A DNA stretch of 64,000 nucleotides, from contig CAIOPG010000009.1 in assembly GCA_903860135.1 (NCBI GenBank), positions 111,805 through 175,804 of the forward strand, read 5' to 3'. The position numbers were made by a program, and so were the translations under genes. Shown in pieces: positions 46,050 to 55,163 of this stretch. The DNA is from Candidatus Omnitrophota bacterium (GTDB lineage: Bacteria > Omnitrophota > Gorgyraeia > Zapsychrales > Fredricksoniimonadaceae). How positions within the stretch are numbered: position 1 is the stretch's first letter; each line of letters opens with the position of its first letter. The notes beneath the pieces were generated by a model that saw nothing but the letters and a program-made list of their open reading frames with translations, was not told the DNA's origin and did no database searches.

Positions 46050-46063
46050 AAAGAAAATTAAAA

Positions 46064-46088
46064 AGCCCCCGCTGTGCGGAGGCTTTTT
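46064..46088. terminator. Rho-independent terminator hairpin flanked by A-run and T-run (bidirectional)
   Basis: aaaaAGCCCCCGCtgtGCGGAGGCTtttt has an 8/9-bp GC-rich stem. It lies just downstream, on the minus strand, of the tRNA pair. Confidence 0.6.
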
Positions 46089-46092
46089 ATAA

Positions 46093-46178
46093 TGGTGGGC
46101 AGGCATGGATTCGAACCATGGAAGAGCAAGCTCAACAGATTTACAGTCTGTCCCCTTTGGCCACTTGGGTACCTACCC
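46093..46178 (-). tRNA. tRNA-Tyr (GTA), long variable arm, CCA encoded
   Basis: The minus-strand sequence is GGGTAGGTACCCAAGTGGCCAAAGGGGACAGACTGTAAATCTGTTGAGCTTGCTCTTCCATGGTTCGAATCCATGCCTGCCCACCA. Acceptor, D, anticodon (loop CTGTAAA) and T stems all pair. Confidence 0.85.
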
Positions 46179-46193
46179 TTGAAACATAAATAA

Positions 46194-46266
46194 AGCCGAC
46201 GAGAGGTTTCGAACCCCCGACCTGCTGATTACAAATCAGCTGCTCTACCAGCTGAGCTACATCGGC
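46194..46266 (-). tRNA. tRNA-Thr (TGT)
   Basis: The minus-strand sequence is GCCGATGTAGCTCAGCTGGTAGAGCAGCTGATTTGTAATCAGCAGGTCGGGGGTTCGAAACCTCTCGTCGGCT. The anticodon stem is GCTGA/TCAGC with loop TTTGTAA. Confidence 0.75.
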
Positions 46267-46371
46267 GTAAAATATCTAACCAGCGGCGCGTATATTAGCA
46301 AAAGGTGTAATTGATGTAAAGAGAGAATGTTGCTTTGTGGTTTTTTTATTATTTTTTGGTATCATAGGGGC

Positions 46372-48051
46372 ATGCTTGAAACATTGACTGTTAAAAATTT
46401 CGGGATCATTGAAGCCGTTGCCATTGAATTGACCCCCGGTCTTAATATCCTCACCGGCGAAACCGGTGCCGGGAAGTCCATCCTCATCGATGCCCTGCGC
46501 TTCTGCCTCGGCGAACGGTTCCAAACAAGTTACCTGCGCGATGACGGAGTCCCCTGCACGGTTGAAGCGGTATTTGCACTCTCACCGGATCTATGGAAGA
46601 AGATCGAAGGCCTGCACGACTTTCAGTCCGACGATGCCACCCTGGTCATCCAGCGCACCGTTACACACGATGGCAAAAACCGTATCCGGGTCAACGGCCT
46701 TACAGCTTCTGTCTCCCAGCTAAAAGAGATCGGTGATGCCCTCATTGATTTCCATGGTCCCCATGACCACCAGCAGCTTTTGGCCGAACAGCATCATCTG
46801 GAGATCATCGATTCCCTGACCAGCCTCGATGCGGTTCAAACGGAATATGCAACCATCTATCATACGTTCTGCCATATCAGGACCCAAATAGAAGAACTCA
46901 AGGCCATGGCTCAAAGCCGCGAACGCGACCTGCACCTGCTCGATCACCAGATCAAGGAACTCGAACAAGTCCCGCTCGATGAAGCGGTGCATGAAGAAAT
47001 TGCCCGCAGCCGGATCAAGATCTCCAATGCCCAGAAACTGCATGAAAATATCAGCCAGGCCATGGCGATCCTTGAAGACGAAGACGCCGGCATAGCACTC
47101 ATGCTCGGACGTACCTTCAAGCCCCTGCAGGCCCTTGCGGCCATTGATGAAAACGCAGCAAAATTTTTGAATCAACTTTCAGCTGTCCAGGATCAGGCCG
47201 CTGAATTGTCTGCGGCCTTGCGGGACTATGCTGATTCTCTGCTGTTTGATCGTGCGGCGGCACAACGTGTGCATGAACAGTTCGACGCTTATCAGGATAT
47301 CCTGCGCAAATATGGGCCCTTGATGGAAGATGCCCGTCGCACCTACGCTGAAATCAGTCAAAAATTCGCCCTGCTCAATGATTTCGAACACCACGCCGGC
47401 ACGCTCGACAAAGACTTGAATGCCCACGAAGCGGATCTCACCCGCCTGGCTAAGAACATGTCCCAGCGGCGCAAGAAAACAGCTGATGCCCTTAAGAAGA
47501 CCATCGAGCAGGAATTGCACGAACTGGGTTTTAAAGCCATCGCCTTTGAAGCCCGCTTTGAAAAGAAGCCGCTCGCGCCCGACGGGTCCGACAAAATTGT
47601 TTTCTATATCAGCACAAATGCCGGTGAAGGCCTGAAACCACTTGCCGCGATCGTTTCATCTGGTGAGGCCGCGCGCATCATGCTCGCCATCAAGCGTGCC
47701 CTGATGATAGCCGACCCGGTGCCAGTCCTGATCTTTGACGAGATCGACGCCCAGATCGGCGGCCGCCTGGGAACGGTCATCGGAACCAAGCTCAAGGAGA
47801 TCGCCACGCACCGCCAGGTTATTCTGATCACCCATTTGCCCCAGATCGCGGCATTCGCCCAGACACATTTTAAGATCACCAAGCACGTCGATCAAGGACG
47901 GACCCGCACGGCAGTCGCGGCGATTGCGGGACAAATGCGCGTGGATGAGCTGGCGCACATGATGGCTGGCGACAAGATGACCGCCGCCGCCATCAAGCAT
48001 GCCCGGGAAATGCTCAAGGATGCCGCATCACACGCCGCATCCAACCAGTAG
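46372..48051 (+). CDS. recN: DNA repair protein RecN
   Basis: N-terminal MLETLTVKNFGIIE...LNILTGETGAGKSILIDAL and C-terminal SMC-like signature/Walker B (LIFDEIDAQIGG). The start is the ATG at 46372, which has an AGGGG RBS; the ORF track starts at 46327. Confidence 0.85.
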   Translation: MLETLTVKNFGIIEAVAIELTPGLNILTGETGAGKSILIDALRFCLGERFQTSYLRDDGVPCTVEAVFALSPDLWKKIEGLHDFQSDDATLVIQRTVTHDGKNRIRVNGLTASVSQLKEIGDALIDFHGPHDHQQLLAEQHHLEIIDSLTSLDAVQTEYATIYHTFCHIRTQIEELKAMAQSRERDLHLLDHQIKELEQVPLDEAVHEEIARSRIKISNAQKLHENISQAMAILEDEDAGIALMLGRTFKPLQALAAIDENAAKFLNQLSAVQDQAAELSAALRDYADSLLFDRAAAQRVHEQFDAYQDILRKYGPLMEDARRTYAEISQKFALLNDFEHHAGTLDKDLNAHEADLTRLAKNMSQRRKKTADALKKTIEQELHELGFKAIAFEARFEKKPLAPDGSDKIVFYISTNAGEGLKPLAAIVSSGEAARIMLAIKRALMIADPVPVLIFDEIDAQIGGRLGTVIGTKLKEIATHRQVILITHLPQIAAFAQTHFKITKHVDQGRTRTAVAAIAGQMRVDELAHMMAGDKMTAAAIKHAREMLKDAASHAASNQ

Positions 48052-48142
48052 AAAAATCCCTTGCCCGCTGATTTAGCCCGTGATAATTTAGCATCTTCAT
48101 TTGAAACATGGTCATTCCAATCAACCCACAGGAGTTCATGAT

Positions 48143-49348
48143 ATGAAAAAGATCGGTATCCTTACTTCCGGCGGCGACTGCGGCGGCCTCAATGGCGTTG
48201 TCAAGGGCGCGGCTCAAATGGCCAATAGCCTCGGCATCACGCCTTACGTTGTCCCCAACGGCTACGCAGGCCTCTACAATCTCGTTGAAATGGATTCCCT
48301 GACAGCATTGACACCCGAGCGCGCCGACAGGATCGACGCCAACCTCGCCGGCTCTGAAGCCGGGCATTCCCGTGTCAAGGTCAAGAAGATCGAAGACCCC
48401 AGGAAATACGAACGCATCAAGGAAGGCATGAAGAAATTCGGGATCGACGGTCTTGTTATTTCCGGCGGCGACGATTCAGGTTCTGTGATGGTCGACCTTT
48501 ACGAGCAGGGCATCAAGTGCGTCCACGCCCCCAAGACCATGGACCTCGACCTCCAGACCTACTCTGTTGGCGGCGATTCCACGGTCAACAAGATCGCGAC
48601 CTATGTGGAAGAACTAAAGACAACCGCCCTCACCCACAACCGCATCATGGTGTTGGAAGTGTTCGGTCGTTACGCCGGTCATACAGCGTTTCGTGGTGGA
48701 GTTGCGGCAGATGCGGATGCCATTTTGATCCCTGAAATTCCTTCGGATTTTGATATCGTCTACAACCACATGAAAGCGCGATATTTCGGCCGCATCTTAA
48801 AGAACGATGTTTTGGCCGGGCAATACATGGTCGTTGTCGCGGAAGGTTTAAAGACCGCCGACGGATCCGAGATCTACGATGAATCTGCCGGGATGGATTC
48901 TTTCGGCCACAAGAAACTCGCCGGCGCCGCCAAATACGCTTGCCAGGAGCTTACCAAACGCCTCAAAGCCGATCCGGAAATCAAAGGTCTCATGAAACAA
49001 GCGCATATGTATGTAGAAAAAATGAATGAGATCCCCGAAGTGCGTTCCGTTGTCCCGGGCCATCTGGTTCGTTGCGGGCACTCCTCCGCTTTTGACGTCT
49101 GCTTCGGTAAAGAAGCCGGTGCCGCGGCGGTGATGCTCCTTCAACAAGGTATCGTGGGCGTCACCATTGTAGGGATCGACGGGGCACAGGTGCGCTACAT
49201 GGAATCCAAGAAAGCCATCGTACAGCGTCACGTCGACCTCGATCAGGTCTCTGTCTATGAACAAATGGGTGTCTGCTTCGGACGGCCTGTAAATGCTTAT
49301 ACGCCTAAATTCGAAAAAGCTGAAGGCAGGATCGCGCGTCACATGTAA
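48143..49348 (+). CDS. 6-phosphofructokinase, probably PPi-dependent
   Basis: MKKIGILTSGGDCGGLNGVVKG. The GGDDSG motif has Asp where ATP-dependent PFKs have GGDGS. An AGGAG RBS sits 8 nt upstream. Confidence 0.8.
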   Translation: MKKIGILTSGGDCGGLNGVVKGAAQMANSLGITPYVVPNGYAGLYNLVEMDSLTALTPERADRIDANLAGSEAGHSRVKVKKIEDPRKYERIKEGMKKFGIDGLVISGGDDSGSVMVDLYEQGIKCVHAPKTMDLDLQTYSVGGDSTVNKIATYVEELKTTALTHNRIMVLEVFGRYAGHTAFRGGVAADADAILIPEIPSDFDIVYNHMKARYFGRILKNDVLAGQYMVVVAEGLKTADGSEIYDESAGMDSFGHKKLAGAAKYACQELTKRLKADPEIKGLMKQAHMYVEKMNEIPEVRSVVPGHLVRCGHSSAFDVCFGKEAGAAAVMLLQQGIVGVTIVGIDGAQVRYMESKKAIVQRHVDLDQVSVYEQMGVCFGRPVNAYTPKFEKAEGRIARHM

Positions 49349-49367
49349 GCGGTAAATTAATATTCAA

Positions 49368-49400
49368 TAAAAAACCCGGCCTAACCACCGGGTTTTTTAT
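49368..49400. terminator. Bidirectional rho-independent terminator between the convergent pfk gene and DUF2079 gene
   Basis: aaaaaaCCCGGcctaaccaCCGGGttttttattttt. Confidence 0.7.
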
Positions 49401-50815
49401 TTTTCAACCTGCCTGTGAAGGAGCCTCAATGTCCCGCGTTGGTACAACACGCACCACCCTTGCGACAGGAACGCGTCCACACGCCGTTGTTCGTCAATAG
49501 AATGATCCATCCAGGGATCATCGAGATCGATCAACGCATAGGCGACATCACGGGGAAGCTCAAAGAGGCGGCCCATGGCAAATTCAGTATTCCTGGCTAT
49601 CGCAAGATCCTGAAACTTTTTATTAAAGACCTTATAAAAAGGATATATTGATGCCCGTGATGATAACGGCACAAGGACATCAAAAGAAGCCACAACGCTT
49701 GCCGATGGAGGGATATTTTGAATAAGCGCCCAGCGATCGTGCACCTCCTTAGCATTCAAATACCCTATACGCCTCATTAACATTTTCTCATAACAGACGA
49801 TACCCAGCAAACACCCCGTTGTCACAACAGCCAATAAAGAAACATAAATAAGCCGGCCCAACCTGGCACGGACCCGCGCCAATGCATCAATGCCGGCAAT
49901 GAAAATAAAAGGTGTTAACGCAAATGCATAAAAATAAAATATCCGGTGTTCGGTAACATGGATGGAAAGGGTATGTTGCAGGAAAACCGGGATCCCCAGC
50001 CACAAAGGAACCGAAGGCAGAAAAGCAAGCCCGAAAAAGGGGCCTGAAAGCTCCTGCCAAAAGCGCCCGTTCTCGGCTGAGAAAAAATATTGCTGTAAAG
50101 CCTGGGGCGAAACAAAAAGATGTTTATACCTTAGCCAGGCTGAAACCCCCTCGCCGCCCCTGAAGTATTTGACAGAGATCATGGCCAGGGCCAGCGTCAA
50201 TAGCGCAAAAATAAGGATGCCCCACGTCCAGGCAAAAGAACGCCGCTGAAATAATCCATACACCCCGAAGGCCATAACAACCAGGATAAGATTTTCTTTT
50301 GTAAGGCAAAGACATACGGCCGCGATCCAGAAAAGACGGAGATCATCCTTGCGGTGCGCATAAAACATCATGAATATAAATAATGGCGCAAAACATTCGA
50401 AACTGAATTCGTACAGCATCGCAAAGCTGTTGGGAACAAAGAAAGAAAAAAGGATGGTCATGAGTAACGCCCCCTTGTCCCCCAACTTTTCCCGGGCTAT
50501 TAGATACAAGAAATACAGGCTCACGGCAAAAGCAGCCGCTTTAACATAAAGGAGCGTGAGCGGCGACGGGAACACAGCATAAAAAGGAAGGATCAAAAAA
50601 GCACCATAAGAGGCATGGTCGCCCAGGAAATTATACCCAAAGATAGAACTATACTGGTGCCCTTGGGTCAAATTCCAGAACGATTGATTAAAGAACGCAA
50701 AATCCCAGTTATCGAAACCAAGGTTGATATATTTATACGTCAGCGCACATGCCCACGCGAGAAAGACAACGGTCATCACCCAGAAAACAGGCGTCAGCTT
50801 CTTAACAACCATCAA
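49397..50815 (-). CDS. Polytopic membrane protein, DUF2079-like (putative GT-C-type glycosyltransferase)
   Basis: 472 aa with about 12 TM helices and NLGFDNWDFAFFNQSFWN in the first loop. The family call is tentative. Confidence 0.5.
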   Translation of the reverse strand: MMVVKKLTPVFWVMTVVFLAWACALTYKYINLGFDNWDFAFFNQSFWNLTQGHQYSSIFGYNFLGDHASYGAFLILPFYAVFPSPLTLLYVKAAAFAVSLYFLYLIAREKLGDKGALLMTILFSFFVPNSFAMLYEFSFECFAPLFIFMMFYAHRKDDLRLFWIAAVCLCLTKENLILVVMAFGVYGLFQRRSFAWTWGILIFALLTLALAMISVKYFRGGEGVSAWLRYKHLFVSPQALQQYFFSAENGRFWQELSGPFFGLAFLPSVPLWLGIPVFLQHTLSIHVTEHRIFYFYAFALTPFIFIAGIDALARVRARLGRLIYVSLLAVVTTGCLLGIVCYEKMLMRRIGYLNAKEVHDRWALIQNIPPSASVVASFDVLVPLSSRASIYPFYKVFNKKFQDLAIARNTEFAMGRLFELPRDVAYALIDLDDPWMDHSIDEQRRVDAFLSQGWCVLYQRGTLRLLHRQVEK

Positions 50816-52260
50816 GGCCTCTCCATGCGCGTTTCAGGCGCATACCTAAAGATCCATACTGCATTCCTGAATTGTTTGACCAGCACAAACCCCATTTTCT
50901 CAATATCAGCCCTCTTGCCCGCGTCAAACGGATACAGCCACGACGGCTGATGGAAGAACTCCCACCTGTCAACCACAAGATACGCCGTACCATTAGCTGT
51001 CCTGACGGGATGAAATTGATCCCTGGGCATAAGCACCGGGAATATACGGCCGCCATCTTCACTGAACGCGATCCCTGAACAATATTTCATTTGCCGGCGT
51101 GATCCTGAGAAAATAACATCCTGGGCAGATACATTTTTGCGTACCCAGTCCCCTGCCTCAAGGAATCCTGTGTACCCTGTGGACAAGGAAGACGCATCTT
51201 TATACCCAAAGAACGGAATGAACAAAAATAATCCGGCAACAAGAACAAAGCACTTGAGCACCCGGCGCCAATAAGGGTCATTAACCAGAAGGCCGGTTAC
51301 TTTCTTGATGCCCAAAGCGCTGACGATCGCCAGTAAAGGCACCACCGGCAGGGCATACCGGATATCTTTCTCTGCCGTCAATGACATGACACACAAAGGC
51401 ACGGCGATCATGCCATAAAAAAGAGTCCTGATACCAGCCGGATACCCTGGAAGAAAAAGAATACCTGCCGTAAAGAACCCGCCAACGATCAACCCGCCAA
51501 CGAGTATTTTAAAATTTAATAAATAATATAACGCCGATTGCTCAAAACAAACACCTGGGCCGCCATGAGACTTCAAAAAGAAAGCCAAAAATATAAAGAA
51601 AGGCACCAATGGCAGGCAGACGGCCGCACCCGTAAACCCCAACGCCTTCAGGCGGTCTATAAACCGAAACCCATTCAATCCAAATATGAAATACACACCC
51701 AGCACAGGAAGGACAAACAAAACCGCGTACCACTTGCAAATGATCACAAGGATAGCGGCAAGAATAGTCCACCCCAGGACTTTGCTATCCTTCAATTTAT
51801 TTGATGCATAAATATGAAGCAATGCTAAAGCAAAAAGAAGATAACAAACAGTTAACAAACCGTCGATGAGGATCAAACTGGCATGGTCATAATACACCAC
51901 ATTCAACGCAAGCAAAAGCATGGCCAATAACCCGCTGAAAAGGCCAAAGGCTCTTTTCCCAAGTTCAAAAACAAGCACTAGACCGGCAAGATTGATCAGG
52001 ATCGTCACCATGTGAAAACCAACGAGACCCGGCGACAAGCCATCACCGGCGGCGATGATCAAAGGGAAGAAAGGCAGGTGTCCGGATAGTGTGACCGCGC
52101 GCAATATGGTCTGAGGATCATTCAGGAACTGCTGCGCGATATAAGCGTACAACGCTTCATCGGGCCATAAGCGCTCGACAAATAAGGCCGGGATACGTGC
52201 CATCAAGGAAAGGCTGATGATGATAAGAAAAAAAACGGCAGATCCATAGCGAAGGAACAT
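50812..52260 (-). CDS. ArnT/PMT-like GT-C membrane glycosyltransferase (GT39/83-like)
   Basis: Multi-TM protein with FVERLWPDEALYAYIAQQF in the first periplasmic loop. The start is reassigned to M52 (ATG at 52260, with an AGGAG RBS) to remove a 98-nt overlap with acpS. Confidence 0.6.
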   Translation of the reverse strand: MFLRYGSAVFFLIIISLSLMARIPALFVERLWPDEALYAYIAQQFLNDPQTILRAVTLSGHLPFFPLIIAAGDGLSPGLVGFHMVTILINLAGLVLVFELGKRAFGLFSGLLAMLLLALNVVYYDHASLILIDGLLTVCYLLFALALLHIYASNKLKDSKVLGWTILAAILVIICKWYAVLFVLPVLGVYFIFGLNGFRFIDRLKALGFTGAAVCLPLVPFFIFLAFFLKSHGGPGVCFEQSALYYLLNFKILVGGLIVGGFFTAGILFLPGYPAGIRTLFYGMIAVPLCVMSLTAEKDIRYALPVVPLLAIVSALGIKKVTGLLVNDPYWRRVLKCFVLVAGLFLFIPFFGYKDASSLSTGYTGFLEAGDWVRKNVSAQDVIFSGSRRQMKYCSGIAFSEDGGRIFPVLMPRDQFHPVRTANGTAYLVVDRWEFFHQPSWLYPFDAGKRADIEKMGFVLVKQFRNAVWIFRYAPETRMERP

Positions 52261-52315
52261 CAATACTCCTGTTGCGGATCCAACACCAGCCGGATCATCA
52301 CCCTCGACACAGGTA

Positions 52316-52669
52316 TTACTCTTTGGTCTCAACAAGAGCGCTGGCAACCGCATAGAATTTTGAATGAGAAATGGATAAGTGAACAACATAACCCTCGGGC
52401 AGGCCCTTAACACAACAAACCGGTTTACCGCTGGTCTCGTTGATGATCGTCATATCTTTCCAGTTCACATCCTTACGCCCAAGGGCCTTATAAACAGCCT
52501 CTTTCGCCGCAAAGCGCCCGGCGTAATGCGGATAAGGCACAACATGTGACTGCGCATAAGCGATCTCTCCCGGATTAAAAACCCGTTCCAGAAAACGCTC
52601 ACCCCAGCTATCCACCGCCGAACGGATCCGCCCGATCTCGATGACATCAATGCCTGTTCCGATGATCAT
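52316..52669 (-). CDS. acpS: Holo-[acyl-carrier-protein] synthase (4'-phosphopantetheinyl transferase)
   Basis: MIIGTGIDVIEIGRI...FAAKEAVYKALG...HLSISHSKFYAVA. The ATG at 52669 overlaps the pdxJ stop. The track ORF's Cys-rich N-terminal extension is the out-of-frame shadow of pdxJ. Confidence 0.85.
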   Translation of the reverse strand: MIIGTGIDVIEIGRIRSAVDSWGERFLERVFNPGEIAYAQSHVVPYPHYAGRFAAKEAVYKALGRKDVNWKDMTIINETSGKPVCCVKGLPEGYVVHLSISHSKFYAVASALVETKE

Positions 52670-53388
52670 GCACGCTCCTGCGCGAGCAGGCGCATCTCTT
52701 TGACCGCACGTTCCAGCCCGACAAAAATAGCATACGCCATGATGGAATGACCGATGTTGAGTTCGTGCATGGCAGGGATACGCGCCACAGGCGATGTGTT
52801 CTGATAATCCAACCCATGCCCGGCATTGACCACAAGCCCGTGGCGGTGCGCATAAGCCGTCATGCCCACAAGTTTCTTTAATTCGCGTGCTTGCGCCGCA
52901 GGTGTACGCGCCAGGGCATAACACCCGGTATGCAGCTCAATGGCACCGACCCCCAGCTCAATAGCCTTGTCGATCTGAGCCTTGTCAGGCGCAATAAAAA
53001 GGCTGATGGCTATCCCCTTGTCCCCGAGGCGCGCGCACGCCGCCTTGAGCCGGCGAAACCCGCCGATCACATCAAGCCCGCCCTCGGTCGTTAATTCCAG
53101 GCGCCGCTCAGGCACCAGTGTAACCTGAACAGGCCTGACACGGCAAGCCAGGTCAACAACCCCTGGAGCGATGGACATTTCCAGGTTAAACCGGATCGAA
53201 AGTTCCTTCTTGAGACGGACAACATCCTTATCCTGAATGTGGCGCCGGTCTTCCCTGAGATGGGCAACGATCGAATCAGCCCCGGCTTTTTCACATACCA
53301 GCGCAGCCTTTACCGGATCCGGATCAAAACCTCGCCGGGCCTGGCGTAAGGTGGCAACGTGATCAATATTAACTCCAAGGATCGGCAT
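52666..53388 (-). CDS. pdxJ: Pyridoxine 5'-phosphate synthase
   Basis: MPILGVNIDHVATLRQARRG...VAHLREDRRHI. There is a GGGAG RBS. Confidence 0.9.
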   Translation of the reverse strand: MPILGVNIDHVATLRQARRGFDPDPVKAALVCEKAGADSIVAHLREDRRHIQDKDVVRLKKELSIRFNLEMSIAPGVVDLACRVRPVQVTLVPERRLELTTEGGLDVIGGFRRLKAACARLGDKGIAISLFIAPDKAQIDKAIELGVGAIELHTGCYALARTPAAQARELKKLVGMTAYAHRHGLVVNAGHGLDYQNTSPVARIPAMHELNIGHSIMAYAIFVGLERAVKEMRLLAQERA

Positions 53389-53394
53389 AGCTCC

Positions 53395-53493
53395 CTACCT
53401 TAAAACTTCGCCATGCACATAGATCCATGTGATGACCGCAAGCCCCAATGCAATGATCTTTAACGATATATTCTTAGTCAAAGAAAGTTTCAT
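53395..53493 (-). CDS. 32-aa single-TM micro-ORF (MKLSLTKNISLKIIALGLAVITWIYVHGEVLR) translationally coupled to cdaA (ATGA)
   Basis: Its ATG overlaps the cdaA stop and its stop lies inside the pdxJ RBS. It occupies the position where a CdaR/YbbR regulator gene usually follows cdaA. Confidence 0.35.
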   Translation of the reverse strand: MKLSLTKNISLKIIALGLAVITWIYVHGEVLR

Positions 53494-54263
53494 TTTCTCT
53501 CCTTTACATGCGTGATCAATAAATCTTTAAGAATATCCTGCAAGCGCTCGATGCCGGTAACCGGGATGAATTTGCCATCACACGCCACCGACATTTCTCC
53601 GGTCTCCTCCGAAACAAGGACAACCACCGCATCGGTGTGTTCCGTAAGCCCGAGTGCCGCCCGGTGACGGGTACCAATAATCTTGCTCAGATTTTGATTA
53701 TCAGTTAATGGAAAAAGACAGGCCGCCGCCGCAAAACGCTGACCGCAAATAACAACGCCCCCGTCGTGGATCGGAGACTCATGCTTAAAGACAGCCTGTA
53801 TCAACTCGGCGGTGACAAGCCCGTCGACCTGAACGCCGCTCTCCACATATGTCGTCAGCTTTGTTTCCCGTTCAATGGCAATGATAGCCCCGGTCTTTTT
53901 CTCCGACAACTTAAAGACAGCGTCAGAAAGCTCCTGAATGACCGCCAAGACTTCCGACTCGCCAACAAAAAGATTGAAAAACCGCCCGCGGCCAAGGCGC
54001 GCAAGGCCGTGCCGGATTTCCTGCTGAAAAAGAATAACCATCGCCAAAATAGAAATGGCGAAAAACTGCCGGAGCAACCAATTAAGCGTATGAAATTCCA
54101 AAAGCTGGGCGGCAAGGAAAAGGATAGCCAGATAGGTGATGCCTTTGAGCACCTGAAAAGCGCGTGTGCCTTGAAAAAATAAAAGGATGCGATAAAAGAT
54201 CAGCCAGAGGATCATGATCTCCAAGAGGGGTTTAATGGTAGACCAGAACTGTAATAGATTCAT
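53490..54263 (-). CDS. cdaA: Diadenylate cyclase CdaA (membrane-anchored c-di-AMP synthase)
   Basis: Three N-terminal TM helices and a DAC domain with HDGGVV and GTRHRAALGLTE...LVSEETG. Confidence 0.85.
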   Translation of the reverse strand: MNLLQFWSTIKPLLEIMILWLIFYRILLFFQGTRAFQVLKGITYLAILFLAAQLLEFHTLNWLLRQFFAISILAMVILFQQEIRHGLARLGRGRFFNLFVGESEVLAVIQELSDAVFKLSEKKTGAIIAIERETKLTTYVESGVQVDGLVTAELIQAVFKHESPIHDGGVVICGQRFAAAACLFPLTDNQNLSKIIGTRHRAALGLTEHTDAVVVLVSEETGEMSVACDGKFIPVTGIERLQDILKDLLITHVKERK

Positions 54264-54283
54264 GCCGCCTCTTTCTTTCTGAT

Positions 54284-55159
54284 TTACGCCGCGCGAATAG
54301 CATCGGCCATGAGCGCGGCCTGTTTCATCACCTTGACATCATGTACGCGCATAATATGCGCCCCTGACATAACAGCCGTTGCGACAGTAACAACCGTCCC
54401 GACAAGCCTTCGCTTCTCAGCCACACCAAGGACTTTTCCGATAAATGATTTGCGCGATGTCCCGACAAGCACAGGATACCCGCACGAAAGAAATTCATCG
54501 AGGCGTCGCAGGATCTCCAGGTTTTGCTCCGGCACCTTTGAAAAGCCAATGCCTGGATCCAGCACAATATGATCTTTTGTAATACCGGCAACCAAACATT
54601 GTTCGAGTGCCAGCTCAAGTTCCGCCTTCACTTCTTTCACAACATCCCGGTAATGCGTCTTGCCGGGTAACTGCATGGTCCTGGAGGTGCCGCGCCTGTG
54701 CATCAATACCAGACCCGCTCCAGACTCGGCGACCAACGCCAGAAGTCTGCGGTCAGCCGGCGTCCCCTGGATCAGATTGACAATCGATGCACCAGCCTTC
54801 AAGGCTTCACGTGCCACACCAACAGATGCCGTATCTACGGACACAGGCACAGGCACTGTGGCCACCAGCGCCTTGATCAGCGGAACAACGCGTTGCGCCT
54901 CTTCTTTACACCCTGGAGGCGTCGATCCAGGACGCGAGGAAGCCCCGCCAATGTCCAGGATATCCGCGCCAGCCCGGATCAGTTTCAAGGCATACGCCAT
55001 GCCGGGAATTTTTTCCTGTTTTCCGCCGGCCAATACCCCGTCGCCGCTGAAAGAGTCCGGCGTTACATTAACAATCCCCATGACCAGGGTGCGCCCCCCA
55101 AGCTCAAGGCTATAATCCCGCGCCTTCCAGATAAACTTCCGGCACACGGGCGACGCCAT
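54284..55159 (-). CDS. folP: Dihydropteroate synthase
   Basis: GIVNVTPDSFSGDG. The ORF track starts at 55213; the ATG at 55159 is preferred because its N-terminus aligns with E. coli FolP. Confidence 0.85.
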   Translation of the reverse strand: MASPVCRKFIWKARDYSLELGGRTLVMGIVNVTPDSFSGDGVLAGGKQEKIPGMAYALKLIRAGADILDIGGASSRPGSTPPGCKEEAQRVVPLIKALVATVPVPVSVDTASVGVAREALKAGASIVNLIQGTPADRRLLALVAESGAGLVLMHRRGTSRTMQLPGKTHYRDVVKEVKAELELALEQCLVAGITKDHIVLDPGIGFSKVPEQNLEILRRLDEFLSCGYPVLVGTSRKSFIGKVLGVAEKRRLVGTVVTVATAVMSGAHIMRVHDVKVMKQAALMADAIRAA

Positions 55160-55163
55160 ATAA

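Noticed and set aside
45960-46060. Possible third tRNA gene left of tRNA-Tyr
   Set aside because: It contains a T-loop/acceptor-like 16-mer on the plus strand, but no acceptor, D or anticodon stems can be paired on either strand. It is kept only as a fragment or scar.
46327-46371. Upstream ATG start for recN (MLLCGFFIIFWYHRG-)
   Set aside because: RecN homologues begin M-L-x-x-L-x-I-x-N-F, and the ATG at 46372 has an AGGGG RBS. The upstream 15 codons are unsupported.
52316-52924. 202-aa ORF with a Cys-rich N-terminal half preceding the AcpS domain
   Set aside because: The Cys-rich part (52670-52924) is an out-of-frame overlap with the well-supported pdxJ gene. AcpS homology starts at MIIGTGID, whose ATG at 52669 overlaps the pdxJ stop, so only 52316..52669 is taken as acpS.
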